From: Candidatus Eiseniibacteriota bacterium
GTDB lineage: Bacteria; Eisenbacteria; RBG-16-71-46
Assembly (NCBI GenBank): GCA_044223005.1
Contig: JBGAML010000003.1
Location: forward strand, 192,001 to 256,000
Direction of reading: 5' to 3'
DNA length: 64,000 nt
Shown here: positions 32,666 to 42,987 of the stretch, one piece after another
Layout: the number at the start of each line of letters is the position of its first letter
How positions within the stretch are numbered: position 1 is the stretch's first letter
Program-made: the position numbers and the translations under genes
The notes under the pieces: generated by a model
Told to the model about the DNA's origin: nothing
Databases searched by the model: none
What the model saw: only the letters and a program-made list of their open reading frames with translations

Positions 32666-33784
32666 ATGCTCGATCTCGAAGGCGACGGCGAGAGCTGGCG
32701 CGTCCGGTTGCGCGCGCAGGGCTGGCTGCGGCTGCTCGTCGTGCCGTTCCTGCTCTTCTGGCTCGGTGGCTGGGCCGCGGGGGAGTGGTTCGCACTCTCG
32801 ATGTTCCTCCCGCTCGCCGACTGGGCCCGGCACCTGCCGCCCGAACTGGCGCGCATCCTGCCGCACGTGCGCTTCGCGCCGAACACGACCCCGCCGCTGG
32901 TGCTGGTGTTCGTGGGGCTGTGGGTCGCGCTCTGGACGCTCGGCGGCCTCGGTGCGATCCACATGGTGTTCCGGCTCCTCTTCGGCGCCGACGAGGTCCG
33001 CTGGGACCGCGAGAAGGTGGAGGTGAACCACCTCGCCGGATTCTTCGGTTCGAAGCAGTGCATCGCATGGGCCGACCTGCGCGACCTGCGCATCGTCGGC
33101 ATGCGCGTCGTGGCCGAGACGCGACGCGGACTCGTGCAGTTCGTGCTCGTGGGCAGCGGCGCCGAGCGCGAGGAACTCGTGCACGCGCTGCGCGACGCTT
33201 GGCAGGCCTCCGGCGCCGCGACGGCGCTGCCCGATGCCTCGGCCGACGAAGCGCTCCCGGCCGGATGGCGGCACGAAACGGCGGGCGACGGCCGCGACGC
33301 GCTCGTCGGCGGCACGGCCTCCACGCGTGCGGTGGCGGTGTTCCTCGGCCTGTTCGCGACGGTCTTCGGTTTCGCCGGTGGCGCCGCGCTCCGGCAGGCA
33401 TTCCAGGGGCACGTCGGCGGCTGGGCGGGCATGCCGTTCCTGCTCATCGGCGGCCTCATGGGCTTCGGTGCGCTGTGGATCGCTCACGCGCGCACCGAAT
33501 ACCACTGGGGCGCGGGCTCGCTCGAGCGCGTGACGCGAGCCTTCGGCCGGACGTGGACGAAGGAGTACACACCGCTCTCGCTGAAGCTCGAGCAGGGCAA
33601 GGACAGCGACGGGGACGTGATGTGGCGTCTCGCCGCCGTCGCCCCGGGCCGCCGCGAGGTGATCGCGAGCAATCGCGACGTCCCCGGCGACGCCCGCCGC
33701 GTGGGCCGCTGGCTCGCGGCGAAGACGGGCGTCCGGCTCGAGGGCGATCCCACCGACGACGCCGGCGTGCGCCGCGCGGGCTAG
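32666..33784 (+). CDS. Hypothetical membrane protein (two TM-hairpin plus soluble-domain halves)
   Basis: AGGAG RBS; FWLGGWAAGE..WTLGG hydrophobic segments, second TM pair later. Confidence 0.7.
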   Translation: MLDLEGDGESWRVRLRAQGWLRLLVVPFLLFWLGGWAAGEWFALSMFLPLADWARHLPPELARILPHVRFAPNTTPPLVLVFVGLWVALWTLGGLGAIHMVFRLLFGADEVRWDREKVEVNHLAGFFGSKQCIAWADLRDLRIVGMRVVAETRRGLVQFVLVGSGAEREELVHALRDAWQASGAATALPDASADEALPAGWRHETAGDGRDALVGGTASTRAVAVFLGLFATVFGFAGGAALRQAFQGHVGGWAGMPFLLIGGLMGFGALWIAHARTEYHWGAGSLERVTRAFGRTWTKEYTPLSLKLEQGKDSDGDVMWRLAAVAPGRREVIASNRDVPGDARRVGRWLAAKTGVRLEGDPTDDAGVRRAG

Positions 33785-33988
33785 GCACGCCCGGCTTCGG
33801 CGCCCGCCTGCGCCTCGCCGTCCCTCGCCTCCCGCCCGAGTCGTGTTTTCGCCGCGAATGGCGCGGTCGCGGGCCGCCTGCCCGCTCGTGCGGCCTCGTG
33901 TAGAATGCGTCGCGTTCTTCCGGCTCCATCGTCCCGTCGCCGCGATCGTCGCGGCCGCTCGCCGGCCGCTCTCCGCACGAGGTCCAGC

Positions 33989-35179
33989 ATGTCCAGTAAC
34001 GCCGTCTACATCGTGGGTGCGGCTCGCACGCCCATCGGCAAGTTCCTCGGCTCTCTCGGTTCGCTCAAGGCTTCCGACCTGGGCGCCGTCGCGCTGCGCG
34101 AAGCGATCGCGCGCGCCGGCATCACGGGCAAGGACGTGGACGAAGTGATCATGGGCCACGTCGTGCAGGGCGGGCAGGGACAGGCGCCCGCGCGGCAGGC
34201 GCAGATCAAGGCCGGCATCGACCCGGTCGTCGGCGCGATGACGATCAACAAGGTCTGTGGCTCGGGGCTCAAGGCGGTGATGCTCGCGGCGCAGGCGATC
34301 AAGGCGGGCGACGCCGACTGCATTGCGGCGGGTGGGCAGGAGAGCATGAGCACCGCGCCGCACTACCTGTTCAGCGGGCGGCTCGGCCAGCGCCTGGGCG
34401 ACACGACGCTGCGCGACGGTGCGGTCCACGACGGGCTGTGGTGCAGCTTCAACGACTGCCACATGATCGAGCTCGCCCAGTACACCGCCGAGAAGGCCAA
34501 GCTCACGCGCGCGCGCCTGGACGAGTTCTCGGTCGCCAGCCAGAAGAAGGCGGCGGCGGCGCAGGCCGCCGGCGCGTTCGACCGCGAGATGGCGCCGGTG
34601 ACGATCCCGCAGCGCAAGGGTGACCCGGTCGTGGTCAAGGTCGACGAGTCGGTGCGCGGCGACACGACGATCGAAGCGCTCGCCAAGCTCGGGCCCGTGA
34701 CGAAGGCGAAGGACGGCATGATCACGGCCGGCAACGCGCCCGGCCTGAACGACGGCGGCGCCGCCGTGGTCGTGATGAGCGAGGCGCGCCTGAAGGCGAC
34801 GGGCGCGAAGCCGCTCGCCCGCATCACCGGCTACGCGACCGGTGGCGGCGAGCCCAAGGACCTGTTCTTCGCGCCGATCGACGCGGTGCAGAAGCTCATG
34901 AAGAAGCTGGGTGTCTCGATCGGGCACTTCGACCTCATCGAGGCGAACGAGGCGTTCGCGGCGCAGGCGCTCGCCGACGGCGACGCGCTCGGCTGGGACT
35001 GGGACCGCGTCAACGTGAACGGCGGCGCCGTGGCGCTCGGCCACCCGATCGGCGCGAGCGGCGCGCGCATCCTGGCGACGCTGCTCTACGCGCTCGAGGC
35101 GCGCGGCAAGCGCACCGGCCTCGCGACCCTCTGTCTCGGTGGCGGCAATGCCGTCGCTCTCTCCGTGGAGCGTGTGTGA
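33989..35179 (+). CDS. Acetyl-CoA C-acetyltransferase (thiolase)
   Basis: [38 protein letters not shown]. Confidence 0.96.
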   Translation: MSSNAVYIVGAARTPIGKFLGSLGSLKASDLGAVALREAIARAGITGKDVDEVIMGHVVQGGQGQAPARQAQIKAGIDPVVGAMTINKVCGSGLKAVMLAAQAIKAGDADCIAAGGQESMSTAPHYLFSGRLGQRLGDTTLRDGAVHDGLWCSFNDCHMIELAQYTAEKAKLTRARLDEFSVASQKKAAAAQAAGAFDREMAPVTIPQRKGDPVVVKVDESVRGDTTIEALAKLGPVTKAKDGMITAGNAPGLNDGGAAVVVMSEARLKATGAKPLARITGYATGGGEPKDLFFAPIDAVQKLMKKLGVSIGHFDLIEANEAFAAQALADGDALGWDWDRVNVNGGAVALGHPIGASGARILATLLYALEARGKRTGLATLCLGGGNAVALSVERV

Positions 35180-36072
35180 TGAGCGCCGGACTCGAGAACG
35201 CGACGGGCCTGTCCGCGGGCGTGAAGAAGGTGGCGGTGATCGGCGGTGGCACCATGGGCAACGGCATCGCCCAGGTGTTCGCGACCAACGGCTTTGCCGT
35301 CGAGCTGGTCGACGCGAAGCCGGAGTTCGTCGATCGCGCGCTGGGCGCGATCGGCAAGAGCCTCGATCGCGTGGCGAAGAAGCAGGAGTGGCCGGCGGAC
35401 AAGGCCGCGGGAATCCTCGCGCGCATCCACGGCGGCACGGCGCTGGCGGCGGCGAAGGACTGCCAGCTCGTGGTCGAGGCCGTGACCGAGAACTTCGCGG
35501 TGAAGAAGGAGATCTTCCAGACGCTCGACGCCTCGACGCCGGCGGAAACCGTGCTGGCGAGCAACACCTCGAGCATCTCGATCACCGAGATCGCCGCGGT
35601 CACGAAGCGCCCCGCGCAGGTCGTGGGCATGCACTTCATGAACCCGGTGCCGGTGATGCAGCTCGTCGAGATCATCCGCGGCATCGCGACGTCCGACGCC
35701 ACCTACGCGCTGACCGAGGATCTCTCGAAGCGCCTCGGCAAGACTCCGGTCGAAGTGAACGACTACCCCGGTTTCGTCGCCAACCGCATCCTCATGCCGA
35801 TGATCAACGAGGCGTGCTACACGCTCATGGAGGGCGTCGCGACGCGCGAGGCGATCGACACGGTCATGAAGCTCGGCATGAACCACCCCATGGGGCCGCT
35901 CGCGCTGGCCGACCTGATCGGGCTCGACACCTGCCTGTCGATCATGAACGTGCTGCACGACGGGCTGGGGGATTCCAAGTACCGGCCGTGTCCGCTACTG
36001 CGCAAGATGGTCGCGGCGGGCTGGCTGGGCCGCAAGACGGGCCGCGGATTCTACGAGTACGCCGGGGCCTGA
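35179..36072 (+). CDS. hbd: 3-hydroxybutyryl-CoA dehydrogenase
   Basis: [55 protein letters not shown]. Confidence 0.95.
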   Translation: MSAGLENATGLSAGVKKVAVIGGGTMGNGIAQVFATNGFAVELVDAKPEFVDRALGAIGKSLDRVAKKQEWPADKAAGILARIHGGTALAAAKDCQLVVEAVTENFAVKKEIFQTLDASTPAETVLASNTSSISITEIAAVTKRPAQVVGMHFMNPVPVMQLVEIIRGIATSDATYALTEDLSKRLGKTPVEVNDYPGFVANRILMPMINEACYTLMEGVATREAIDTVMKLGMNHPMGPLALADLIGLDTCLSIMNVLHDGLGDSKYRPCPLLRKMVAAGWLGRKTGRGFYEYAGA

Positions 36073-36332
36073 GCGGCGCCGGTTCCGGTCCACCCGCGAT
36101 CGCGCGGTCCCCGCGATGGGGGCCGCGCGATCGGCATTCCGGGGCGCGCGCGTCCCGCGCGGTCGCCGCCCGGGCGGCGCACGGCCCGCCGTCCCGTCCG
36201 CGTTGCCACGCGGGCGCGGACGCGGCAATATGCGTCCGCTCCGGGGCTGCGGCCCGCCCGGGGCAGGCCGCGCCGGACCGGCGCGGCCGAAGACCCCCAA
36301 CGGCCCTCCGCGTCGAGGGCGGGAGAACCACG

Positions 36333-37520
36333 GTGTCCACGGAGACCGCCCTGTCGCCCGGCATTTCGTTCGACCTCTCCGAGGAGGCGCAGTCCGTCCG
36401 CGAGATGGTCCGCGACTTCGCCGAGAGCGAGATCCGCCCGATCGCCGCCCGGATCGACGAGACGCACGAGTTCCCGGCCGAGAACGTGAAGAAGATGGCC
36501 GAACTGGGCCTGCTCGGCATGTTCGTCCCCGAGGCGCACGGCGGCGCCGGGATGACGTACCTGTCGTACGTGGTGGCGATCGAGGAGCTCTCGCGCGCCT
36601 GTGCGAGCCACGGCGTCATCGCGTCGGTCAACAACTCGCTCGTCTGCTACCCGCTCATGACGTACGCCAACGCGGAGCAGAAGCAGCGCTGGCTCGAGCC
36701 GCTGGCGAAGGGCGAGAAGCTGGGCGCGTACTGCCTCACCGAGCCGAACGCGGGCAGCAACGCGGCGAACCAGCAGACGACCGCGGTGCTCGACGGCGAC
36801 CACTGGGTGCTGAACGGCTCCAAGATCTTCATCACCAACGCCGGACCGGCCGACGTGCTGATCACCTACGCCGCGACCGACCGCGCGCTGGGGCCCAAGG
36901 GCATCACGGCGTTCATCGTCGACGCGGACACGCCCGGCGTGCGCAAGGGCAAGAAGGAAGCGAAGCTCGGCATCCACGCTTCGGACACGCGCGAGATCTA
37001 CTACGAGAACGCGCGCGTCCCGAAGGACGCCATGCTCGGCGAGCTCAACAAGGGCTACTCGATCGCGCTCGCCACGCTGGGTGGCGGCCGCATCGGCATC
37101 GCTGCGCAGGCGCTGGGCATCGCGCAGGCCTCGGTCGAGGCCGCGGTGGCCTACGCCAACACGCGCGAGCAGTTCGACAAGAAGATCGGCGAGTTCGACG
37201 CCATCCGGCACATGCTGGCCGACAGCGTCGTCGAGCTCGAGACGGCGCGCCTGCTGGTCTACCAGGCGGCGTGGCTGCGCGACATGGGCCGGCCGCACGT
37301 GAAGGAGGCCTCGCTCGCCAAGTGGCACGCGTCCGAGGCCGCGACGCGCTGCGCGAACTGGGCGATCCAGGTGCACGGCGGCTACGGCTACATGAGCGAG
37401 TATCACGTCGAGCGCTACTGGCGCGACGCCAAGATCTGCGAGATCTACGAAGGCACGACCGAGGTGCAGAAGATGGTCGTGTCCGGCCAGGTCCTGAAGG
37501 AACACGCGATTTCCGCGTGA
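36333..37520 (+). CDS. Acyl-CoA dehydrogenase (butyryl-CoA dehydrogenase-like)
   Basis: [50 protein letters not shown] start with GGGAG RBS. Confidence 0.95.
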   Translation: MSTETALSPGISFDLSEEAQSVREMVRDFAESEIRPIAARIDETHEFPAENVKKMAELGLLGMFVPEAHGGAGMTYLSYVVAIEELSRACASHGVIASVNNSLVCYPLMTYANAEQKQRWLEPLAKGEKLGAYCLTEPNAGSNAANQQTTAVLDGDHWVLNGSKIFITNAGPADVLITYAATDRALGPKGITAFIVDADTPGVRKGKKEAKLGIHASDTREIYYENARVPKDAMLGELNKGYSIALATLGGGRIGIAAQALGIAQASVEAAVAYANTREQFDKKIGEFDAIRHMLADSVVELETARLLVYQAAWLRDMGRPHVKEASLAKWHASEAATRCANWAIQVHGGYGYMSEYHVERYWRDAKICEIYEGTTEVQKMVVSGQVLKEHAISA

Positions 37521-37545
37521 ACCCATCCGCACGGAGGAAGTCCGC

Positions 37546-37929
37546 ATGAAGCGTCCGGTTCGTCCCGTGGCCCTCGTGATCCTGACCCTGTGCGCCCTGT
37601 ACCCGGGGCTCACCGCGATGTTCCAGGGCTTCTATCCCTGGGTGACCGGGCAGGAGTTCGCGCTGCTGGGCCAGATGAGCGCGTTCGTGGACCTGCCCGT
37701 CAAGATGGGCATGGCGACGTGGGTGCCCCACCTGCTGAAGGGCCTGATCGGCCTCGCGTGGCTCGCGGGCGTTCCCGGCCTCTGGGCGGGCGAGGGCAAG
37801 GCGGTGCCGCTCGTCGCGCTCGGCGCGGTGGGCTCGCTGCTGCTCGGCCCCGGGCCGGCGGTGATGGGCATCGTCGGCCTCGTGTGCCTGTTCGTGTTCC
37901 GTGAGACGGAGCAGCACCAGCCCGCGTGA
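37546..37929 (+). CDS. Hypothetical membrane protein
   Basis: GGAGG RBS, 3-4 hydrophobic helices. Confidence 0.7.
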   Translation: MKRPVRPVALVILTLCALYPGLTAMFQGFYPWVTGQEFALLGQMSAFVDLPVKMGMATWVPHLLKGLIGLAWLAGVPGLWAGEGKAVPLVALGAVGSLLLGPGPAVMGIVGLVCLFVFRETEQHQPA

Positions 37930-37948
37930 GCGCGAGGAGAGCCGCACG

Positions 37949-39100
37949 ATGAATCTCGACCTGACCGAGGACCAGAAGCTCATCCGCGACGCGGTGCGCG
38001 ACCTCTGCCGCGAGGAGTTCGCGAAGCATGCGGCCGCGTGGGACGCGGAGCAGGGCGTGCCGCGCTGGGCGATCGAGAAGCTCGCCGAGCAGGGTTTCCT
38101 CGGCATGGCCATCCCCGAGGAGTGGGGCGGTGTCGGCTACGACGCGCGCACGATCGTGGTCGTGCTCGAGGAGATCGCGAAGGTGTCCGCGGCCCTCGCC
38201 ATCATGATCGCGGTGCACAACTCGGTCGGCGCGCTGCCGGTGTTCCGCTTCGGCAGCGACGAGCAGCGCAAGCGCTTCCTGCCGCGGCTCGTGAGCAAGG
38301 AGCTGGGGGCGTTCTCGCTCTCCGAGCCCGCCGCGGGTTCCGACGCCGGCGCGCTGGAGGCGGTCGCGGTCCGCGACGGCGACCACTACGTGCTCAACGG
38401 CAGCAAGAACTGGGTGACGAACGGCATCAACGCCGGCGTCTACCTCGTGTTCGCGAAGACGGACAAGGCTGCCGGCAACCGCGGCATCTCGGCGTTCATC
38501 GTCGAGAAGGGCGCGAAGGGGCTCGTGGTCGGCAAGCCCGAAGACAAGATGGGCCTGCGCGGCTCCGAAACCGTTTCGCTCTCCCTCGAGGACTTGCGCG
38601 TTCCGGTCGAGCAGCGGCTCGGCGAGGAGGGCGAGGGCTTCAAGATCGCGATGAGCATGCTCGACGCGGGACGCATCGGCGTCGCGGCGCAGGCGCTCGG
38701 CGTCATGACCGCGGCGTTCGAGGAAGCGGTGAAGTACGCGCAGCAGCGGAAGGCGTTCGGAGGGCCGATTTCGCGGCTCCAGGCGGTGCAGTTCAAGCTC
38801 GCCGAGATGGAACGCCGCGTGCAGTGCTCGCGGCTCCTGCTCTGGAAGGCGGCCTGGCTGCGGGACTCCAGCCGGCCCTACTCTCGTGCGGCGTCGGCCG
38901 CCAAACTCTACGCGAGCGAGGCCGCGACGTGGGTCACCCACCAGGCGATCCAGGTGCACGGCGGGTACGGCTACGTGAAGGAGTACGCCGTCGAGCGTTA
39001 CTATCGGGATGCTCGGGTGATGGAAATCTACGAGGGCACCTCGGAGATCCAGCGTCTGGTGATCGCCCGCAGCGCCCTGGCCGAGGGCGTGCTCGCTTGA
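37949..39100 (+). CDS. Acyl-CoA dehydrogenase
   Basis: LSEPAAGSDA, NGSKNWVTN, KMGLRGSET, GRIGVAAQALG, EIYEGTSEIQ. Confidence 0.95.
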   Translation: MNLDLTEDQKLIRDAVRDLCREEFAKHAAAWDAEQGVPRWAIEKLAEQGFLGMAIPEEWGGVGYDARTIVVVLEEIAKVSAALAIMIAVHNSVGALPVFRFGSDEQRKRFLPRLVSKELGAFSLSEPAAGSDAGALEAVAVRDGDHYVLNGSKNWVTNGINAGVYLVFAKTDKAAGNRGISAFIVEKGAKGLVVGKPEDKMGLRGSETVSLSLEDLRVPVEQRLGEEGEGFKIAMSMLDAGRIGVAAQALGVMTAAFEEAVKYAQQRKAFGGPISRLQAVQFKLAEMERRVQCSRLLLWKAAWLRDSSRPYSRAASAAKLYASEAATWVTHQAIQVHGGYGYVKEYAVERYYRDARVMEIYEGTSEIQRLVIARSALAEGVLA

Positions 39101-39158
39101 GGACACCCGGCCGGTCCGACGGTCCGTTCACTCGGTTTTCCCCCAACCCGGGCAGCAT

Positions 39159-39911
39159 ATGAGCCTCCGTTTCGAACGCGCGATCGTGGTCGGTGCCTCG
39201 TCGGGCATCGGCGCCGAGATCGCACGGCAGCTGGCCGCGAGTGGCACGACCGTCGCGCTGGTCGGCCGCAGGGCCGAGGAACTCGCGAAGGTCGCCGCCG
39301 AGATCGCCGCGGCCGGGCGCGGGAAGGCGTTCACTGCGGTGCACGACGTGCGCGACGGGGACGCGATCCCGGGCTGCTTCGAGCAACTCGTGCGCGAGCT
39401 GGGCGGCCTCGACCTGCTGGTCTACGCGGCCGGCACGATCGCGCTTCCCGAGGAGGGCGAGTACGACCTCGCCGGCGACCGCGCGATGATGGAGGTCAAC
39501 ACGCTCGGGGCCATGACGTGGACCGGGCTCGCCGCGGCGCGCTTCGAAGCCGCGCGCGCGGGCACGATCGTCGGCATCTCGAGCATCGCGGGCGAGCGGG
39601 GGCGGCGGACGATGCCGGCCTACACCACGTCCAAGGCCGCGCTCACGGTGTGGCTGGAGGCGCTGCGCAACCGCGTCTCGCGCTACGGCGTCAACGTGGT
39701 CACGGTGAAGCCGGGCTTCGTCGACACGGTGATGACGCAGCACCTCGCCAAGAAGCCGATGATCATCTCGGCGCCGAAGGCGGCCCGCATCATCCTCGCG
39801 ACCGCGCGCCGAGGTGGCAGCCCGAGCGTGTTCGTGCCGGCCCGCTGGGGGCTCGTCGCGATGATCGTGCGCCACCTGCCCTCGGCGATCTTCCGGAAGC
39901 TGGACCTGTGA
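39159..39911 (+). CDS. SDR family oxidoreductase, DprE2-like
   Basis: GASSGIG, SSIAGERGR, YTTSK, VKPGFVDT.MT. Confidence 0.85.
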   Translation: MSLRFERAIVVGASSGIGAEIARQLAASGTTVALVGRRAEELAKVAAEIAAAGRGKAFTAVHDVRDGDAIPGCFEQLVRELGGLDLLVYAAGTIALPEEGEYDLAGDRAMMEVNTLGAMTWTGLAAARFEAARAGTIVGISSIAGERGRRTMPAYTTSKAALTVWLEALRNRVSRYGVNVVTVKPGFVDTVMTQHLAKKPMIISAPKAARIILATARRGGSPSVFVPARWGLVAMIVRHLPSAIFRKLDL

Positions 39912-41329
39912 GCGCCGCCACGCTGCGTTCCGGTTCGCCGTGGCGCGTGCTCGACGGCTTCGGCGGCGCGCAGCGTGCGGCGTCGCTGCACGCGCGGCCG
40001 CGCAGCGTCGAGGAACTCGCCGCCGTGCTGCGCCGCGCGGCCGAAGAGGGCGTGCCGGTCAGCTTCCGCGGCAACGGCCGCAGCTACGGCGACGCGGCGC
40101 TCAACACGGGCGGGCTTGCGATCGACGTGCGCGGCATGGACCGCGTGCTGGCGTTCGACCGCGCGAGCGGTGTCGTCGATCTCGAGCCGGGCGCGACCAT
40201 CGAGACGCTCTGGCGGACGGTGCTGCCGCACGGCTTCTGGCCCAGCGTCGTGCCGGGAACGATGTTCCCCACGATGGGCGGCTGCATCGCCATGAACATC
40301 CACGGCAAGAACTGCTTCAAGGCGGGCCCGTTCGGCGACCACGTCCAGGAACTGGACCTGCTCGGCGCCGACGGCACGCTGCGCACGCTCGATCGCACGC
40401 GCGACCCGGAACTCTTCCGCGCGGTGATCGCGGGCCTGGGCCTGCTCGGCGCCGTGACCCGCGTGCGCGTGCGCACCCACCGCGTCGAGAGCGGGCGGCT
40501 GCGCGTGCGCCCGATTCGCACCCGCACGCTGGGCGCGATGTTCGACTGCTTCGTGGAGCGCCTGCCGCAGTCCGACTACCTCGTCGGCTGGATCGACGGG
40601 TTCGCGGGCGGCGGTGCGCTCGGGCGCGGGCTCGTGCACCAGGCGAACTACCTCTCCGCCGCCGAGGATCCGGAAGGCCGCGCGTTCCTGGACAATGCGC
40701 GCCAGGACCTGCCGCCGAGCGTGATGGGCGTGCCGCGGTCGGTCGTGTGGCGCGTCATGCGGCTGTTCGCCAACGACCCGGGCATGCGCTTCGTGAACGC
40801 CGTCAAGTACCACCTGCCGGAGTCGTTCGGCGGGGACGGCTCGTTCCTCGAGACGCACGTGGCGTTCGCGTTCCTGCTCGACTACGTGCCCAACTGGCGC
40901 TGGGCCTACGGCAACGCCGGGTTCATCCAGTACCAGGTGTTCCTGCCCGACACGACCGCGCGCGAGGGGATGGCGCAGGTGCTGGAGCGCTGCCGCAAGC
41001 GCGGCGTGGTCTCGTACCTGGGCGTCTTCAAGCGCCACAAGCCGGACGAGTTCCTGCTCTCACACGGGCTCGACGGCTGGTCGCTCGCCATGGATTTCCC
41101 GATCCGGCCCCGCGATCCGCGACCGCTCGAGGAACTCACCCGCGAACTGACGGAAATCGTGCTCGATGCCGGCGGGCTCTTCTACGCCGCCAAGGACTCG
41201 GTGCTGGACGCCGGGCAATTCGCACGCGCCTACGGCGATCGGCTCGAACGCTTCCGCGCGATCAAGCGGCGCGTGGACCCGGGCGGCCTGTTCCAGAGCG
41301 ACCTGTCACGCCGGCTCGCGATCGGCTGA
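39908..41329 (+). CDS. FAD-binding oxidoreductase, DprE1-like (polyprenylphosphoryl-ribose 2'-oxidase family)
   Basis: RGNGRSYGDAA, VPGT...TMGG.IA.NIHGKN, FG.HV, SYLGVFK, GWSLAMDF, YAAKDS, VDP..FQSDLSRRL. Confidence 0.85.
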   Translation: MSAATLRSGSPWRVLDGFGGAQRAASLHARPRSVEELAAVLRRAAEEGVPVSFRGNGRSYGDAALNTGGLAIDVRGMDRVLAFDRASGVVDLEPGATIETLWRTVLPHGFWPSVVPGTMFPTMGGCIAMNIHGKNCFKAGPFGDHVQELDLLGADGTLRTLDRTRDPELFRAVIAGLGLLGAVTRVRVRTHRVESGRLRVRPIRTRTLGAMFDCFVERLPQSDYLVGWIDGFAGGGALGRGLVHQANYLSAAEDPEGRAFLDNARQDLPPSVMGVPRSVVWRVMRLFANDPGMRFVNAVKYHLPESFGGDGSFLETHVAFAFLLDYVPNWRWAYGNAGFIQYQVFLPDTTAREGMAQVLERCRKRGVVSYLGVFKRHKPDEFLLSHGLDGWSLAMDFPIRPRDPRPLEELTRELTEIVLDAGGLFYAAKDSVLDAGQFARAYGDRLERFRAIKRRVDPGGLFQSDLSRRLAIG

Positions 41330-41421
41330 TTCCCCGCCGGGGTTCGGCCGCGCGCCAGCACGCTCTCGCCGTGTCACGATCCCGCCGATAACCTCCACGG
41401 GTGTCCAGGGGGGATCCGGCC

Positions 41422-42600
41422 ATGTCGCTCACGCACCGCTCGCGCACCGGAACGGCCTTCGCCTCGGCGACGCGCGAACCGTTCCCGGTCATCCGCGCCC
41501 AGCGCGCGGCGTTCTTCGCCGAACCACTCGCCGTGTCGATGCTCGACGCGATGCCGGGGCCGGCGTTCGTCCTCAACCCGCGCCGGCAGATCGTGGCGTT
41601 CAACGGCCTGCTGGCCGAGACGCTGGGACTGACCGAGCCCGAGGAACTCCTCGGGCTGCGTCCCGGCGAAGCCGTGCGCTGCACGCACGCGAGCGAGCGC
41701 GTGACCGGCTGCGGCACGACGCCGTCCTGCGCCGAGTGCGGCGCGGTGAACGCCGTGCTCGACTGCCTGCGCACGAAGCAGCGCGTCGTGCGCGAGTGCC
41801 GCATCGTCACCGAGACGCCGCGCGGGACGGGCGCGCTCGACTTCCGCGTCCACGCGACGTTCGTCACGTTCGGCCCGAACGACTACGTGGTGGTGGGGCT
41901 CGAGGACATCGGCGACGAGAAGCGCCGCGAGGTGCTCGAGCGCACGTTCTTCCAGGACCTGCTCGGCAGCTGCCGCGACGTGCACGCGATCGCCGGCGAA
42001 CTGCGCGGCGACCTGCCGGCGGCCGGCGTCCCGGCCGACCGCGCGCGCGACCTCGAGGAGATCTCCGGGCACGTGCTCGAACAGGTCGAGGCGCAGCGCA
42101 CACTGCTCGCGGCCGAACGCGGGGAGCTGGAGGTCGACGCGCAGGACATCGACCTGCGCCAGGTGCTGAACGGAGTCGTCCAGCTCGTGCGACGCGAACC
42201 GCTCGCGGCCGGGCGCACGATCCGGTTCGAGGCGGCGCGCCACTGCACGATCTGCACCGACCGCGTCCTCGTCGGTCGCGCGATCGGCGCGCTGCTGCGG
42301 AACGCGCTCGAGGCGACGCGCGACGGCGGGACCGTCGAGGTGACCTGCGAGTACGACCACGAACTCGCCACGATCACCGTGCACAACGAAGGCGTGATCC
42401 CGGACGAGATCCAGCGCCAGGTGTTCCAGCGCTCGTTCAGCACGCACGACGAGCCGGGCCGCGGGACGGGCACCTACGCGGCGCGCCTGCTCGTGGAGGA
42501 CTACCTGCAGGGCCGCCTCGCGTTCACGAGCGAGCCGCGCGTCGGGACGCTGTTCGTGATCGTGCTGCCGCGGCGGCTGCAGCGCGCCGCGACGGGTTAG
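41422..42600 (+). CDS. Cys-rich PAS sensor histidine kinase-like protein (phospho-acceptor His replaced by Gln)
   Basis: RPGEAVRC..GCGT..C.ECG; H-box FFQDLL; N box NALEA; FQRSFST; GRGTGTY. Confidence 0.85.
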   Translation: MSLTHRSRTGTAFASATREPFPVIRAQRAAFFAEPLAVSMLDAMPGPAFVLNPRRQIVAFNGLLAETLGLTEPEELLGLRPGEAVRCTHASERVTGCGTTPSCAECGAVNAVLDCLRTKQRVVRECRIVTETPRGTGALDFRVHATFVTFGPNDYVVVGLEDIGDEKRREVLERTFFQDLLGSCRDVHAIAGELRGDLPAAGVPADRARDLEEISGHVLEQVEAQRTLLAAERGELEVDAQDIDLRQVLNGVVQLVRREPLAAGRTIRFEAARHCTICTDRVLVGRAIGALLRNALEATRDGGTVEVTCEYDHELATITVHNEGVIPDEIQRQVFQRSFSTHDEPGRGTGTYAARLLVEDYLQGRLAFTSEPRVGTLFVIVLPRRLQRAATG

Positions 42601-42634
42601 TTCGCGCTCCGGCCCACGCCACGACGGCGAAACG

Positions 42635-42669
42635 ACGCGGCCGGCACCGGGATCCGGTGCCGGCCGCGT
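42635..42669. terminator. Hairpin between convergent genes
   Basis: 16-bp perfect stem ACGCGGCCGGCACCGG / CCGGTGCCGGCCGCGT. Confidence 0.65.
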
Positions 42670-42686
42670 GCGGTGATGCGGGTGCG

Positions 42687-42986
42687 TCACGCCTTCGCGG
42701 TACCCTTGCTCGCGACGTAGAGGTGGTAGCCCAGCAGCACGACGAACGCGCCGACGATCGAGGCGACGAAGCCCATCCCGAAGCCGGTGGGCCAGCGCAG
42801 GATCGCGAACAGGATCTTGCCGACGATCCCGCCCACGAACCCGAGCAGGATCGTCATCGGCCAGCCGATCCGGTCCTTGCCCGGGAAGATCGCGCGCGCG
42901 ATCGCACCCACGATGAACGCGCCCACCAGGTTCACGACGAGCCACGCGCCGAGGAAGGCGGCCAGGGCCCCGAGTGCGAGCTTCAT
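42687..42986 (-). CDS. GlsB/YeaQ/YmgE family membrane protein
   Basis: IVGAIARAIFPG..GW.MTILLG.VGG..G; SIVGA.VVL. Confidence 0.85.
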   Translation of the reverse strand: MKLALGALAAFLGAWLVVNLVGAFIVGAIARAIFPGKDRIGWPMTILLGFVGGIVGKILFAILRWPTGFGMGFVASIVGAFVVLLGYHLYVASKGTAKA

Positions 42987-42987
42987 G

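Noticed and set aside
29426..35044. Apparent 1872-aa giant pullulanase (likewise the 5' extensions of 7589-11239, 18628-22011 and 29390-33784)
   Set aside because: The extensions are the antisense or off-frame of other genes; true starts with RBS or signal peptides lie internally
35171..35181. In-frame GTG/TGA junctions suggesting readthrough or selenocysteine
   Set aside because: Ordinary TGATG/ATGA/GTGA translational-coupling overlaps between complete genes
36098..36332. Multiple GC hairpins between hbd and the acyl-CoA dehydrogenase as a possible ncRNA
   Set aside because: Explained by a terminator-like hairpin plus a TTGCCA-N17-CAATAT promoter; short stems are expected at this GC content
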